A stretch of DNA of 64,000 nt from the human T2T-CHM13v2.0 reference genome, Homo sapiens (GCF_009914755.1 NC_060936.1), one strand, 5' to 3'. Positions 43,809 through 56,932 are shown, counted from the stretch's first letter. The notes: generated by a model from the sequence alone, not told the origin. Program-made: numbers and translations.

Positions 43809-44138
43809 TTTTCTTTTACTTTTTTCTTTCTTTCTTTCTTTCTTTTTTTTTTTTTTTTTTTTTGAGACAGGATCTACTCTGTTGCACAGGCTTGAGTACA
43901 GTGGTCATAGCTCACTGAGACCTCAAACTCTGGGCCTCCAGTGATCCTCCCACCTTAGCTTCCTGAGTAGCTGGGACTACAGGCATGCCACTACACTTCG
44001 CTAATTATTTTTCTTTTTGGTAGAGACAAGGTCTTACTCTGTTGCCCAGGCTAGTCTCAAACTCCTGGCCTGAAGCAGTCCTCCCTCCTCAGCCTCCCAA
44101 ACTGCTGGGATTATAGGCACGAGCCACTGCATCTGACC
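43809..44138 (-). mobile_element. Alu (AluJ-like), antisense
   Basis: CATAGCTCACTG, GTGATCCTCCCACCTTAGC; (TTTC)n/T tail. Confidence 0.92.
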
Positions 44139-44350
44139 AGGAAAAAAATATTTTCTGTGGACTAAGTATAAACTTTCATTAAAGAAAAATGTAAGTTAGT
44201 GGTGATGAAAGAGAAATCTGAGAAAATCAATAGACTTGTGACACATCATTATGTCACTGGGCCATGTCACAGTCTGAAACCAAAACATGGTGGCATGATT
44301 TATTTTAGTGCCCAGGTTTTGAGTGTTATAATACTGTTGATCTTTTTAAG

Positions 44351-44563
44351 CATGCACTGATAGTGAAGACCAACCCCGCACTGCTGGGGAGATTTGGAAT
44401 GGGGGCATTGATGAATGCACTCTATACAAATGTTTGGAGAATGGAAGCATTATCCCTATAGAACCTGACTGTGATGAAGAGCCCACGCCAGTTTGTGAAC
44501 GAGAAGCTGAAGTTGTCATGGGCATCATTGATAAATGGACCTGCTGTTCAAAGGAAGTTTGTG
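44351..44563 (+). CDS. OTOGL: OTOGL exon (213 nt, phase 1-1), VWC-like: ACTDSEDQPRTAGEIWNGGIDECTLYKC...WTCCSKEVC
   Basis: tttttaag acceptor, G|GTATGT donor; C.D......GE.W....C....C pattern. Confidence 0.95.
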
Positions 44564-45030
44564 GTATGTATGCAGAAGCCTTATAGTCAATTGATTCCAC
44601 AAAATATGTTGATATTCTTTGTGAAAAAGCAGAGCATATATAATGCTTTGTATTTTTAAAAAAGGGCCATAAATGTCATTTTCTCAAAGCAAGTTTTGTT
44701 TCATTACAATTCTGTTGAATACACATGAAAAACTCTGGCTATTCACAGTTAATAACACTCAACAAAACATGAGAAGAGGAAAGATCTGGAAATCTTTGAT
44801 GTATGAATCAAGGGTGAAAGACAATAATAGAAAAATGTCAAAGCTGCTGCATTTTCATATATGGCCCACTTTGTTAGATGAGTGGGTTAACTGCAGTGTA
44901 AAAACATGCATAATGAGAGTCATTTCCCGTCTTTGAGTTTCCTGTCTTGAGTTGGCAGTCATTTCCCTGCTTTGAGTTGGCAGATTTTAGTTGTGTTCAC
45001 TAATATTTTAACAGTTTTTCTTATTTATAG

Positions 45031-45135
45031 GATGTGACACGACTTTGTGTGAAACTAGCATTCCAACATGTACAAATAGTCAAAAATTGATTGTTGGCCA
45101 CAGTCCTCTTTCTTGCTGTCCACAGTACAAATGTG
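45031..45135 (+). CDS. OTOGL: OTOGL exon (105 nt, phase 1-1): GCDTTLCETSIPTCTNSQKLIVGHSPLSCCPQYKC
   Basis: ttatag acceptor, G|GTAAGT donor; Cys module. Confidence 0.95.
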
Positions 45136-45421
45136 GTAAGTAATCAATATAGAAAATTAAGAGTGAGGTTCATTGTTCATTCAGAACAGTGAATTAGATT
45201 CTCATTCATTGTGTCTCCAAGAGAATGATTTATTATAAAAGATTGCGGACTTGTCTTGCTAATTTTTTAAACCTGGTATATATCTTTCATATATATGTAT
45301 ATATATATATGATTAAGAACTTTAAAATAAGTTATTTATTACTAAATTCAAAGAGAGGTAAACACTATGTCATTTTTTTATTATGCTATACAAATTTTCT
45401 AATGTAATTTTGTTTCTGCAG

Positions 45422-45529
45422 AATGTGACCCATTGAAATGCCCCAGTATTTCAACACCAGAATGCAGAGAAGATCAATTCATGATTCAAGTTCGACAGGA
45501 AGAACCTTGTTGTTTTTCCCCTTTTTGTG
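45422..45529 (+). CDS. OTOGL: OTOGL exon (108 nt, phase 1-1): ECDPLKCPSISTPECREDQFMIQVRQEEPCCFSPFC
   Basis: ttctgcag acceptor, G|GTGAGT donor; overlaps ORF 45433..45642. Confidence 0.95.
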
Positions 45530-46863
45530 GTGAGTATTGTAGAGATAATTTCTTGGAAGAAGAGAAAGGATCTAGGAAAAAAAATCTCTTATTTGATGTG
45601 AATTTTATGAGACTGATGGCAAGCAATATTCTGATGTTATAAGAATTCAACTGAATGAGAACTCTTGTAAAGAAAGTATGACATTTTAAATGACTAGACA
45701 ATAATAATAAATACCTTCCCCCATCAACAAAAACTACATACATCAGTCCAAATATGACCAAGATATTTAAATCAAGCTTTTTAAATAAGGCCAATACCTT
45801 TTTTCGAAGAAAAATTTAGCACTGGCTTTCCTTGAAGAACCAACTTGAATAATGGGCTCTGCTAAGACTTCATAGGATGTCTTTAAAACTTCATGTCCTG
45901 TATATCATGTTTGAGGTATGATGATCTCAAAAAAGAATGGCAGAAAGAAAGAGTGACTGGAAAATGACTGGAGCTAAATATTCTGCCTGGTGAACTGAAT
46001 ATTGAAATATAAAGAATTCTCTAATTTTTTTTTTCAAATGAATCATTACATCCAAGATTGCTTGGTGATTAATGTAGGTTTCAGAAGTAATCAAAACAAT
46101 TTCTTTGCATCAGTTAAGATTCATTGACTGCAAGTGGCAAAACTGATGGATTCTGGCTAGCTTTAGCACAACCTGTTATTGGAAGAATCTGGGGAAGTAG
46201 GACCAAAATGAAGCAGAACAGTCAAGCCCTAGGAAGGAGAGAAACCAGCTGTTCTAGGTAGAAGTCACTAATGATTGAGCCAACTTTATTTTTTTCTTCA
46301 GTTGATATGTCTCTATATATGACTCAAATTCCATCCAAAGGGATTCCGATTACTCCTATGTGGGTTGTTTCTACAGAGTGGCCTGGTTGAGGCACCTTTA
46401 AAGATAGTCACTCAAAAAGGTGTGGGTGGTGCATTTCCTCAAGGTCATTCAGAGACTAGTTATCAAAGGTGGGACGGCATGTTGAAGCAGCCCAAAAGAA
46501 CAAACGCCTACTACATTTTCATCCCTAAATGAGAGTAATCAATGATAGTGAATTAAGAAAACATAAATATAATAAATAAACAAGTGACATTTTGATTCTA
46601 ATGAGAACAAATTACCTAGGAAATCTGAATGTTCTACCTTTCTGGTAAGATGGTGTTCTATATGTCACTGTGCTTGGAAAGCATAAGGCAATATACTCAG
46701 ACAGTATTATTGTTTTTATGGCCAAATAAGGAAATATACCTCATGTTTCTTTTACTATTTTCTTAAACAAAATTGATTTGATTTGTGTATGGTAATTTAA
46801 ACTCATATTATAATTCATGGTTTTTAGCTCAGCTGTGATTTTTGGCTTCTTGTTTTACCTTAG

Positions 46864-46965
46864 TTTGTGAATCTTGCACCAAACCTGTTCCACTATGTCA
46901 TGATGGGGAATTTCTCACAGTAGATCTTAATAGCACACACTTCTGTTGTCCTCAGTATTACTGTG
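46864..46965 (+). CDS. OTOGL: OTOGL exon (102 nt, phase 1-1): VCESCTKPVPLCHDGEFLTVDLNSTHFCCPQYYC
   Basis: ttttaccttag acceptor, G|GTAAGT donor; Cys module. Confidence 0.95.
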
Positions 46966-47286
46966 GTAAGTGTATATTAACTATTCTAAAATATTTAGAT
47001 GTGTCCAATGTTTAAGAAGCCCAGTGCATCTTAGTTGGCTGTTACATCAGACCCTTTTTCAAAGTTTTTCATTTGATGAGCTATCCTAGCACCAGTACTC
47101 TTTTTGTACCTGTTTATATGTCAATTGTTTTATCTTCACCAACACATGGCAATCTGACGGTGGGAGAGGTAGCACTTGGGAAATATGAATCCATGCATTA
47201 TTGTAATGGCAGTGAACTAAATGGTAGGTAATGAGAAATGGCAACTCTATAAAATTCATCTTTACCCATGTAATTTTTCTTTTTAG

Positions 47287-47391
47287 TATGTGAACCAAAC
47301 CTTTGTCCTATGCCATTACTCAACTGTGCAGAAGATATGAATCTTGTGAAAGAAAATGTATCTGGTCAATGTTGCCCAACATGGCACTGTG
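47287..47391 (+). CDS. OTOGL: OTOGL exon (105 nt, phase 1-1): VCEPNLCPMPLLNCAEDMNLVKENVSGQCCPTWHC
   Basis: tttttag acceptor, G|GTAACT donor; Cys module. Confidence 0.94.
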
Positions 47392-47475
47392 GTAACTAAT
47401 TTTCATATTTTAAGGTTTCATTATAATAAGTTAATTATTTTGATCAATGTAAATATGTTGATTTTTGCCTTTTAG

Positions 47476-47516
47476 AATGTAACTGTGAAAACCTTGTTAT
47501 GCCAACTTGTGAAGTG
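47476..47516 (+). CDS. OTOGL: OTOGL exon (41 nt, phase 1-0): ECNCENLVMPTCEV
   Basis: ccttttag acceptor, GTG|GTAAGA donor; follows an 84-nt intron. Confidence 0.92.
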
Positions 47517-48900
47517 GTAAGAACACATATTTTGATTGACTTGTCATATTTATTTAAATCTGTTTATTCTTCCTTTATCTCTCTCATTTCTAAATTCTTC
47601 TTAGAGTTAATAAAATTACCCACATTAAATTGTACTAAAGTAGATTAAAATAATGTGCTCTGATATTAGGAAATAGTCAATAAGTTATATTTTAGTTGAG
47701 ATAGGAAAGTACAATACATTATTTTTTAACTGCTGATAGAATCTGCTAATCTTATATCTACTTCAGTTCCCTGTATTAAAATGAAGCAAAATATTGAAAA
47801 AAATTATCTTAATATTGAGTGGTGTTGCTAATGATTCTTTAAGAAAGTGAGCTAATAATGCCTCTGTTGTAGAGGAGAAGGGGGTATAAACATGGAACAG
47901 CCTGTTTCTTCTTAAGCGTTATCTGCGAACATGTAAACCTTATAGAAATTTCAAATATTTAATTTTTAGAAATAACTAGGATAACTCTGGTGTCACTTAT
48001 TTAATCCTTAAATGTATCCCGTGGTACTTTACAAGTCTTTGTTTTCTTTAACTATCTTCATGATATGCCGATAAGGCTTGAGAAAGACAATATATTCCTG
48101 GCGCTATTTATTAGAGAAGACAACGTTTTATTTCACAAAGACATTTTACTTTTCTTTTCCTTCTCAAACAATGTGTACACTTAGAGAATTCTTTCAGAAT
48201 CTCCAGTTCAAAGCTATATTATGAAGAATGAATGAGGTACTTTTTAAAGTAAAAGAACCCTTCCTAGGATGACACTGTTTTATTTAAAAAGCATTAATCC
48301 AACATTTGCTTTAATGATGCTTTCATCTATGGTTTACAGAGAATGTTTAAACTTTACAAATAACTTTCATAATAATTCTGTCATTTGATTATTTTGTGTG
48401 TACACTGTATATACATCTACACAAGAGTAGAATTATGATGCCATGTATTTCTCTAGTCCTTCACAGTTACATAACATATTCAGTATACTATCTTATTGAA
48501 TCTTTACCAAGTCAGCACTTTAGCTCATTTTATAAGTGAGAAAGATGAGGTCTAAGGGAATAAATTATTGGCTAAGCTTTTCAGGGTTCTAACCAAGGAT
48601 TGCTTTTTGTGTGTGTATGTTTGCATATTCCTTATTCTTGCTACTTTGCCTTAACTCTTTATTTCCCTTAGAAAATGTAGCCAAGGCACAACTTGAAACA
48701 AGAATGAAAGATAATGTGAGACTGCCTTGTTTCTACCTTTCTCTAGCTGTGGCTCACTTAGGCAGTAAATAAATTAATATAATTTAAATGCTTAGTGTCT
48801 GACATATAGAAAGGGCTCAATCAGTATTAGTTATAAGTATTAGTTTTTTTGACACATTAAAACGTAAATTTCTTAATTTTTTTTCCCTTTACAAGTCTGA

Positions 48901-49394
<494 letters not shown>

Positions 49395-49449
49395 TGGGAC
49401 ACACAGGTTTTCTAAAGGCAAACTAGAACCAGTATACAATCTTTGTGTT

Positions 49450-51206
49450 TAATTTTATTTTTTATTTATTTATTTTTAAAATGGACAAATATTGTATATA
49501 TTTATTATGTACATGTTAATTCAAAATATATATACATTATGGAATAGCTAAATTGAGTTAATTAACACATGCATTACCTCACAACATCATTTTTTTGTGA
49601 TGAGAACACAGAATCTATTATCTTAACAATTTTTAAAAATACAATACATTGTTACTAATGATTGTCATTATGTTTTATAATAGATCTCTTGAACTTATTT
49701 CTCCTATCTAACTGAAATTTTGCATCCTTTGGCCAACATGTCCTCAAACCCTGCTCCCCCACCCTCAGCCCTGGTAACCACCATTATACTCCCTACCTTC
49801 TGTGAGTTCAACTTTTTTAGATTCTGCATATAAATGAGATTATGTGGTATTTGTCTTTCTGGGCTTGGCTTATTCCATTTAACATAATGTCCTCCAGGTT
49901 CATCCATGTTGTCTCAAATGACAGGACTTTCTTCTTTTTCAAGGCTGTATGGTATTGCATTGTGTATATATACCACATTTTCTTTATCCATTCATCCTTT
50001 GGTGGACACTTGGGTTGATTCCATATCTTGGCTATTGTGAATAGTGCTGCAGTAAACATGGGAGTGCAGATATCTCTACGATATAGTGATTTTATTTCTT
50101 TTGGATATATACCCAGTAGTGGAATTGCTGGATCATATAGTAATTCTATTTTTAATTTTTTGAGGAACATATATACTGTTTTTCATAATGACTATGCTAA
50201 TTTACATTCCCACCAACAGCATGCAGGGTTTCTTTTTCTGCATCTTCACAAACACTTGCTATCTTTTGTCTTCTTGATAATGACCATTCTAACAGGTATG
50301 AGGTGATATTTCATTATGGATTTAATTTGCATTTCCCTGATTACTAATATTAAGCATTTTAAAATATACTTCTTGGCCATTTATATGTTTTCTTTTGTAA
50401 AATGCCTATTCAGGCCCTTTGCCCATTTTAAAAATCAGCTTATTTGTTTTTCTTGATATTGAGTTGTTTGAGTTCTTTACATATTTTGGATATTAACCCA
50501 TTATTTGATGTATAGTTTTCAAATATATTCTCTCACTCTGTAGGTTGTCTCTTCACTCTGTTGATTGTTTCCTTTGCTGTGCAGAAGCTTATTAGCTTGC
50601 TATACTCCCATTTGTCCATTTTTCTTTTGTTGTCTCTACATTTGGGTTCACAGCCAAAAAAATCATTGCTGAGACCAATATCCTGGAGCTTTTCCTCTAT
50701 ATTTTCTTCTAGTGGTTTTATAGTTTCAAGAATTACAGTTAAGTCTTTAATCCCCTTGGAGTTAATTTTTGTATGTTGTGTGAGATAATGGTCTAATATA
50801 ATTTGTCTGCATGCGGAAATGCAATTGTTCCAACATCATTTATTGAATAGACTATCCTTTTCCTGTTGTTTGTTCTTGGTAACTTTGTCAAAAATTAATT
50901 GGCCATAATTCATGGATTGATTTCTGGATTCTCTATTCTGTTTTATTGGTCTATGTGTCTGTTTTTATGCTGGTACCATGCTGTTTTGATTACTGCAGCT
51001 TTGTAGTACATTTTGAAGTCAGGTAACATGATGCTGCCAGCTGTGTTCTTTTTGCTCAAGATTGCTTTGGCTATTTGGTGTCTTTTGTGGTTTTAAGCAA
51101 ATTTGAGGATTGTTTTATCTATCTCTGTAAAAAATGTCACTGGAATTTTGACAAGGTTGCATTGAATCTGTAGAGCAATTTGAGTAGTATAGATATCTTA
51201 ACAATA
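49450..51206 (-). mobile_element. L1MA-type element, about 1.75 kb, antisense
   Basis: ORF 49817..50170 is L1 ORF2 C-terminal sequence ([14 protein letters not shown]...WNQPKCP..DEWIKKMWYIYT). Confidence 0.93.
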
Positions 51207-51566
51207 AAATTTGGGGAGCACATTAAAACTTAATTTCTTAAATTATTTTGTTATATTTGATTACAAATTAAACATGATGCTCAGAATGTTAATCACATTA
51301 TAGAGATCATTATGAAGAAGTTTCCAGAGATGGCAACCATCAAGAAAAGCTTGGAAGAATGTGATAGGTTAACAATAATGGATGAAAGCAGTTGAACTAT
51401 TTCGGACAGGGGCTAATAGAAACGGAAGTAAATTCACAAAGCTATGAGGTAATAGATGTATGCTGAAAAATAATGACCATAAAACCCTCTCTCTCACCTA
51501 GAGAAATAGCTAACTGAAGGAAGAATGAGATATAAAAATCTATACAAATTGGTATATTTGGGGAGG

Positions 51567-51732
51567 GTTTTATTTTTTATTTTTATTTTCTAGAGACAGA
51601 GTCTGGCTCTGTTGCTTAGACTGAAATGCAGTGGCACAATCATAGCATCATTGAACTCCTAGGCTCAAGTGATCCTCCCGCCTTGGCCTCCCAAAGTGCT
51701 AGCATTAGAGGTGTGAGCCACTGCACCTGGCC
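51567..51732 (-). mobile_element. Alu monomer-sized element (FLAM/AluJ-like), antisense
   Basis: GAGACAGAGTCTGGCTCTG...GATCCTCCCGCCTTGGCCTCCCAAAGTGCT; flanks GAGGG(T/C)TTTA. Confidence 0.88.
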
Positions 51733-53001
51733 AAGAGGGCTTTAAAGGCAAGGCTGAGGAATTCAGATTTTATTTATTCAATTATTATTTTCATTTATTT
51801 CTTCAACCAACATTTGTTGAAGATAAGTTATGGGCAGTCATCATGCCAGACACTTGAAAAAACACAATCCTACCCTGAGGAGCTCTGTGCAAATTTTATA
51901 TGATAGGAGATGGAAAGAGTCCTGTATAGGATGAAAATCATGATGAAAATGGTGTTTGAGGGAGATGTTTCTATTTGTGCATAGCAGGATATGAGCACTA
52001 AAACATTAGAGGGCAGGAGATCAGCAAAGAGACTGGTATAGCCATTTACGAATGAACATCTTCACTATTGTGAGGTTGGTGTGAATTTAGGAGGGCAAAA
52101 TGAAAGACTGGCCTTTTGTAACAAGTTGAACAAATGTGTTGGGGGTTGGGGAGTGGGAAGAGAGAGAAAGAGAGAGAGAGAAATTGATTTAAAAACTTGA
52201 AGGTTTCAAGTCTTGCACACCAAGAATCCAAGATTACTAGGTCCTTGGACAAACATTACAATGGCCAGTGGAGCAGCTGAGAGTAGAGGTCCTGGTATTT
52301 GACTTGTAACCAGCCTCATTCAGAGCTCCTTTTATTTTTTTGGCCTGGAAAAAGCAAAATAGCATCTTGAGTCATTTCAACAACTTCCAATGTAACAAGA
52401 AAAACCTAGCCTTTCCTCCTATGGGATTTTATACTTCCTGTGTTCTAGATGCTTTGAAGCTTTTTGGAGTAGCAGTCTCTATATTCATACATTAACCTTG
52501 GTCTGGTTGTGACCTTAGCTCTGTTTTTTATTTATTTATTTATTTTTTCCCTAGTGGATTTCTACCAGTCTCTACTTTCTCTTTTCTTGTGTTTTCCCTC
52601 CCCAGCATTTGTGCTAGATGCTGGCCCATCTAGCTTATTTCCAACTCAACCCTCAATGTCTGAATATTAATTATGAATCATATTTTGATATTCAGTATTC
52701 CAAGAATTTTAAAATGACTTTTATATTATTAGCATTGTGCTAGACACACAGAACGTAACTAGTAGCTTTAATATCCTTGAACATCTTACCCAAATATACA
52801 TAACCCTTCATCCATGATGATCTAGTTTTAACATTCGTGGCTTTACACAAGCATTTATCTGACTCATTGTTCCTGAGTACTCACTCTGAATAGTGGCTAA
52901 TGTTTGTTTCAGTGACTAAGGTGATTTTAAAAAATATCACATTAGTTTGTTCACATAGACGAATGTGTTTCAACCTGAAAAATGTATGTTAGGCCTTTGC
53001 A

Positions 53002-53870
53002 TTTTTTTAAAATAATAACTTTATTGAATTAAATTCACATAACATACAATACATCCATTTAAAGTGTACAGTTCAATGGCTTTTAGTATATTCACTGAGT
53101 TGCACAACCATCAACACAATCAATTTTAGAAGAATTTCATCAATCCAAAAAGAAACCCTGTACCTATTGCAGTCGTTCCTCATTTCTCTCCAAACTCTCC
53201 AGCCCTCAGAAATCTCTACTCTACTTTCTGTCTCTCCATGTATTTCTGTTCTTGGTATTTCCTATAAAGAGAATTGTATAATATGTGGTCTTTGTGTCTG
53301 GCTCTTTTTACTTAGCATAATATTTTGAAGGTTAATCCGTGTTGCTGCATGTGTCACTACTTCAGTCCTTTGTTGTTAATAATATTCCATTGTATGGATA
53401 TACCTTGACATTTATCCAAATGTCAACATTTGGATATTTATCTTGGACATTTATCCAAGATGACCAACAGCACATGAGAAGATGCTTAACATCGTTAAGT
53501 ATCATTTAAATACAAATCAGAACTATAGTGAGATACAACTTCACATCTTGCCTGAATATAAATAACCCTCCATGTATATTAACCCATTATATTAACTCAC
53601 TAAAAAGACAAAAAATAACACATTTACAAGGCTGTGGAGAAATGGAAACCCTTATACACTACTGGTGGCAGTGTAAAATTGTGCAGCTGCTTTGGAAAAC
53701 ACCTTGGCTATTACTCAGAAAGGTAAACATGGAGTTATTATATAACACAACAATTTCACTCCTAAATATGTACTGATGAGAAATGAAAACATATGTCCAC
53801 ATAAAAACTTATACTCGAATGTTCATAGCAGCACTCTTCATAATAACCCAAAGTGGAAGCAGCCTAAAGT
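53002..53870 (-). mobile_element. L1MB-type element with 5' inversion
   Basis: 53002-53418 is the L1MB 3' end on the minus strand; about 53460-53870 is upstream L1 ORF2-end sequence on the plus strand. Confidence 0.82.
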
Positions 53871-54589
53871 GATTTTGTTGCAGACTTTACAGGAGAGGGA
53901 TGTTCATTTGGGAGTAAAAATTACCATATTTTTTCAGGTAAATATTTAGAATTGGTAGAGCAATTAAAGAGGTATTTCCTTTTGGTCAAATTTGCAACTT
54001 AGAATAAAAGCATAATTGAATACGTGGATAAGATCTGAAAGGAAATGAGCATAGAAGAGAAGGATAGAAGATTTAAGCCTAAGCTCAAGGAAACAGAGTT
54101 AACATTATGGCTTTAACTATTAAAAAACAGGTACATATGTTACCTAAAAGAGTTAGTGTAAGCCTAATGCCATCTTTTTAAAGTCTTTGGAGTAGTCATG
54201 CACTGGAAGAATTCGATTTATTATTATTTTTAACTCCATTATTCTAACATTTATTTCCAGTCCCATTGGAATTGTCTAATGACTAAAGTCCTGAAATATC
54301 AAATGAATTAGTGTCCATAAGACTACTTTACAACTTACAAGGCACTATAAAAAGCAAGACATTATTAGCTTATGAGGAAAAATGCCTTTTATGTGAATGT
54401 ATTGGAATCATTTATTTATGTCAAGAATAAAATTCATTTTATTACTGATGTCATATGAAAACTAAATGCATCCAGGAAAAGTTGATGCTTTAGACACAAT
54501 TCTTGAAACTTTAAGCCTGGTCCTGTATTTGGTGGGAAGAATCTTTGTCAGTCCTGATAGGGCAAAGTTTGAGCATCTGTCATAGTAAC

Positions 54590-54850
54590 AATGTACTAAC
54601 AGCAAAATGCTCTATAGGACTTTCTGTGTGTCAGTCCTATTCTGAACTCTTTACATATATTGATCCATTTATTTCTCTCAACAATCCTAAGAGGCAGGCT
54701 GTATTATTATCCCCATATTGCAGATAAGGGAAGTGAGGAGCAGATTGATTAAGTAATGTGCCCTAAATCAAAAAGTTAGTAAGTTATGGAGCCAGGATTG
54801 GTGCAAAGGCAGTTCCATTCCTAAGACTGTGCTATTAACCACTGTACTAT
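54590..54850 (-). mobile_element. MIR
   Basis: CTCAACAATCCTAAGAGGCAGG...TATTATCCCCAT.TTGCAGATAAGG.AAGTGAGG. Confidence 0.75.
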
Positions 54851-55075
54851 ACTCATTGTGTTGCTGATGTGTATACTATAGCAGCCTTGTGCAGATGCAG
54901 ACATCAGAACCCTAGGCTGCCTTGGTAGAGCAGATCAAGAACATTTCCATGAAGCAAAGTTCCTAAGGTTGGCAAATGTTGTCTTTGATTGCCCTACAGA
55001 AGCTCAGAATCAAACAATATGATTTTAAAGTGTCTGGCTGTGTGATAAGGGACTTATTAGATGTTATCACTGAGT

Positions 55076-55124
55076 ATGTGTGTGTGTGTGTATATATATA
55101 TATCAATTGTTTTATATATATAGG

Positions 55125-55157
<33 letters not shown>
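55076..55157. repeat. Compound (TG)n(TA)n microsatellite
   Basis: Seen directly; ends about 42 nt before the 55200 exon. Confidence 0.95.
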
Positions 55158-55162
<5 letters not shown>

Positions 55163-55199
55163 AGCTAAATGATAAGTAATAGTAGTATATTTTCAATAG

Positions 55200-55263
55200 G
55201 GAGAATTTACTGCAATAGACCATAACTTCCAGAGTGATTGTGGATGCATACAGTATCTCTGTG
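55200..55263 (+). CDS. OTOGL: OTOGL exon (64 nt, phase 0-1): GEFTAIDHNFQSDCGCIQYLC
   Basis: ttttcaatag acceptor, G|GTAACT donor; required to restore phase between 47516 and 56184. Confidence 0.92.
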
Positions 55264-55614
55264 GTAACTATGTCTTTTGTAACTTTTAAATTATAAATGA
55301 ATATCATTAGTATCTGTTTTTCACTATTAATAAGTTAAAAATCTCATTTTTGAGACACATACATTTTAAGCCATTTGCCAGTATTTGAGTATAAAAATGT
55401 GTTATTATGTTTCAATTTCTTCTTTTGTAATATCTCTAAATGTTCTGAGAACTGAATAACAGAACAGAAATATAAATATTTTTTCAGAGGCCTCAGAGAA
55501 TTTTACAGTGGGCATTAGGCTCTTTTTAATATGTCTACATTTAATTTAAAAATATAGGCATCTAAAAAGTATGATGTTATGCCCATTATATTAGTATTAT
55601 TATTATTAATGTAT

Positions 55615-55922
<308 letters not shown>

Positions 55923-56183
55923 TAAAGTATAGCTTTTGGAGGAAGTTCAATCATTAAACAGCAGTTGATTTTATAGATGAATTTTTATTTTATGTTAAGG
56001 AATAGTGTACTACATTTTTAAGTAAATATTGGGCCATTAAAATACGTAAATATGAAGATCTTCATTAGTTTTGAAAAATTGGCACATCGCAATGAAAACA
56101 TAGACTCAAATATAAGTTCCAACGATGGATTAGTACAAAACTCAACAGTATATTTTCTTATTGACTATGTTTTCTGTTCTTAG

Positions 56184-56362
56184 AAAAGGATGATGTGTGT
56201 GTATTTCAAGAAGTATCAGTATTGAATCCTGGACAATCCATGATAAAGTATTTGGAAGAAGACTTTTGTTATACTATAGAGTGTCTGGAAGAAAAAGATA
56301 ACCATACAGGCTTTCACACTCTGAATTTTACACTGGTGAATTGTTCAAAAAAATGTGATGTT
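56184..56362 (+). CDS. OTOGL: OTOGL exon (179 nt, phase 1-0): EKDDVCVFQEVSVLNPGQSMIKYLEEDFCYTIECLEEK...VNCSKKCDV
   Basis: ttcttag acceptor, GTT|GTAAGT donor; overlaps ORF 56195..56392. Confidence 0.95.
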
Positions 56363-56827
56363 GTAAGTATTCCTTGTAATTTATTCTGGTGAGAGTTAAT
56401 GCATTCAAAAATGGCAGAGTTATAGAATTTGAAATGGTGAATACTCCATTAGTTTAAAATATATATTATATAGTTCTTCAATAGTCTACTATTTTGTAAT
56501 ATATCAATAAAACACAGACTTTCACTTTCCTGTGCATAACCTTGAACTTCAGGAGTCTTATTATCTACAGCTTGCCAGGTTGCCTTACCTGAGGTTGTTA
56601 AACCTGCTTGATGAATTTGGCTGTTAGAAGTAAAGGTTAACATCTATCTCACTTCTAATATAACCATATAAAGTCAATTATTATTGGAAGCTTCTCATAT
56701 TCAACCTTAGAAATCCTTACAGTTGTCTGGAAAGAGCTTGTAGTTATGTTTGGAAGAAATAACTCTCCAGAAGTAATTCATTAAAAATATTGATATGGTG
56801 TCGCTAATCTAATATCATTATATGCAG

Positions 56828-56932
56828 CACCAGGTATATACTCCATCCCCAAGTGATTATGGTTGTTGTGGTACCTGCAAAAATGTATCCTGCAAATTTC
56901 ACATGGAAAATGGAACATCAGTTGTATACGCG
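56828..56932 (+). CDS. OTOGL: OTOGL exon (105 nt, phase 0-0): HQVYTPSPSDYGCCGTCKNVSCKFHMENGTSVVYA
   Basis: atgcag acceptor (weak pyrimidine tract), GCG|GTATGT donor; CCG.C...SC motif; inside ORF 56822..57130. Confidence 0.93.
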
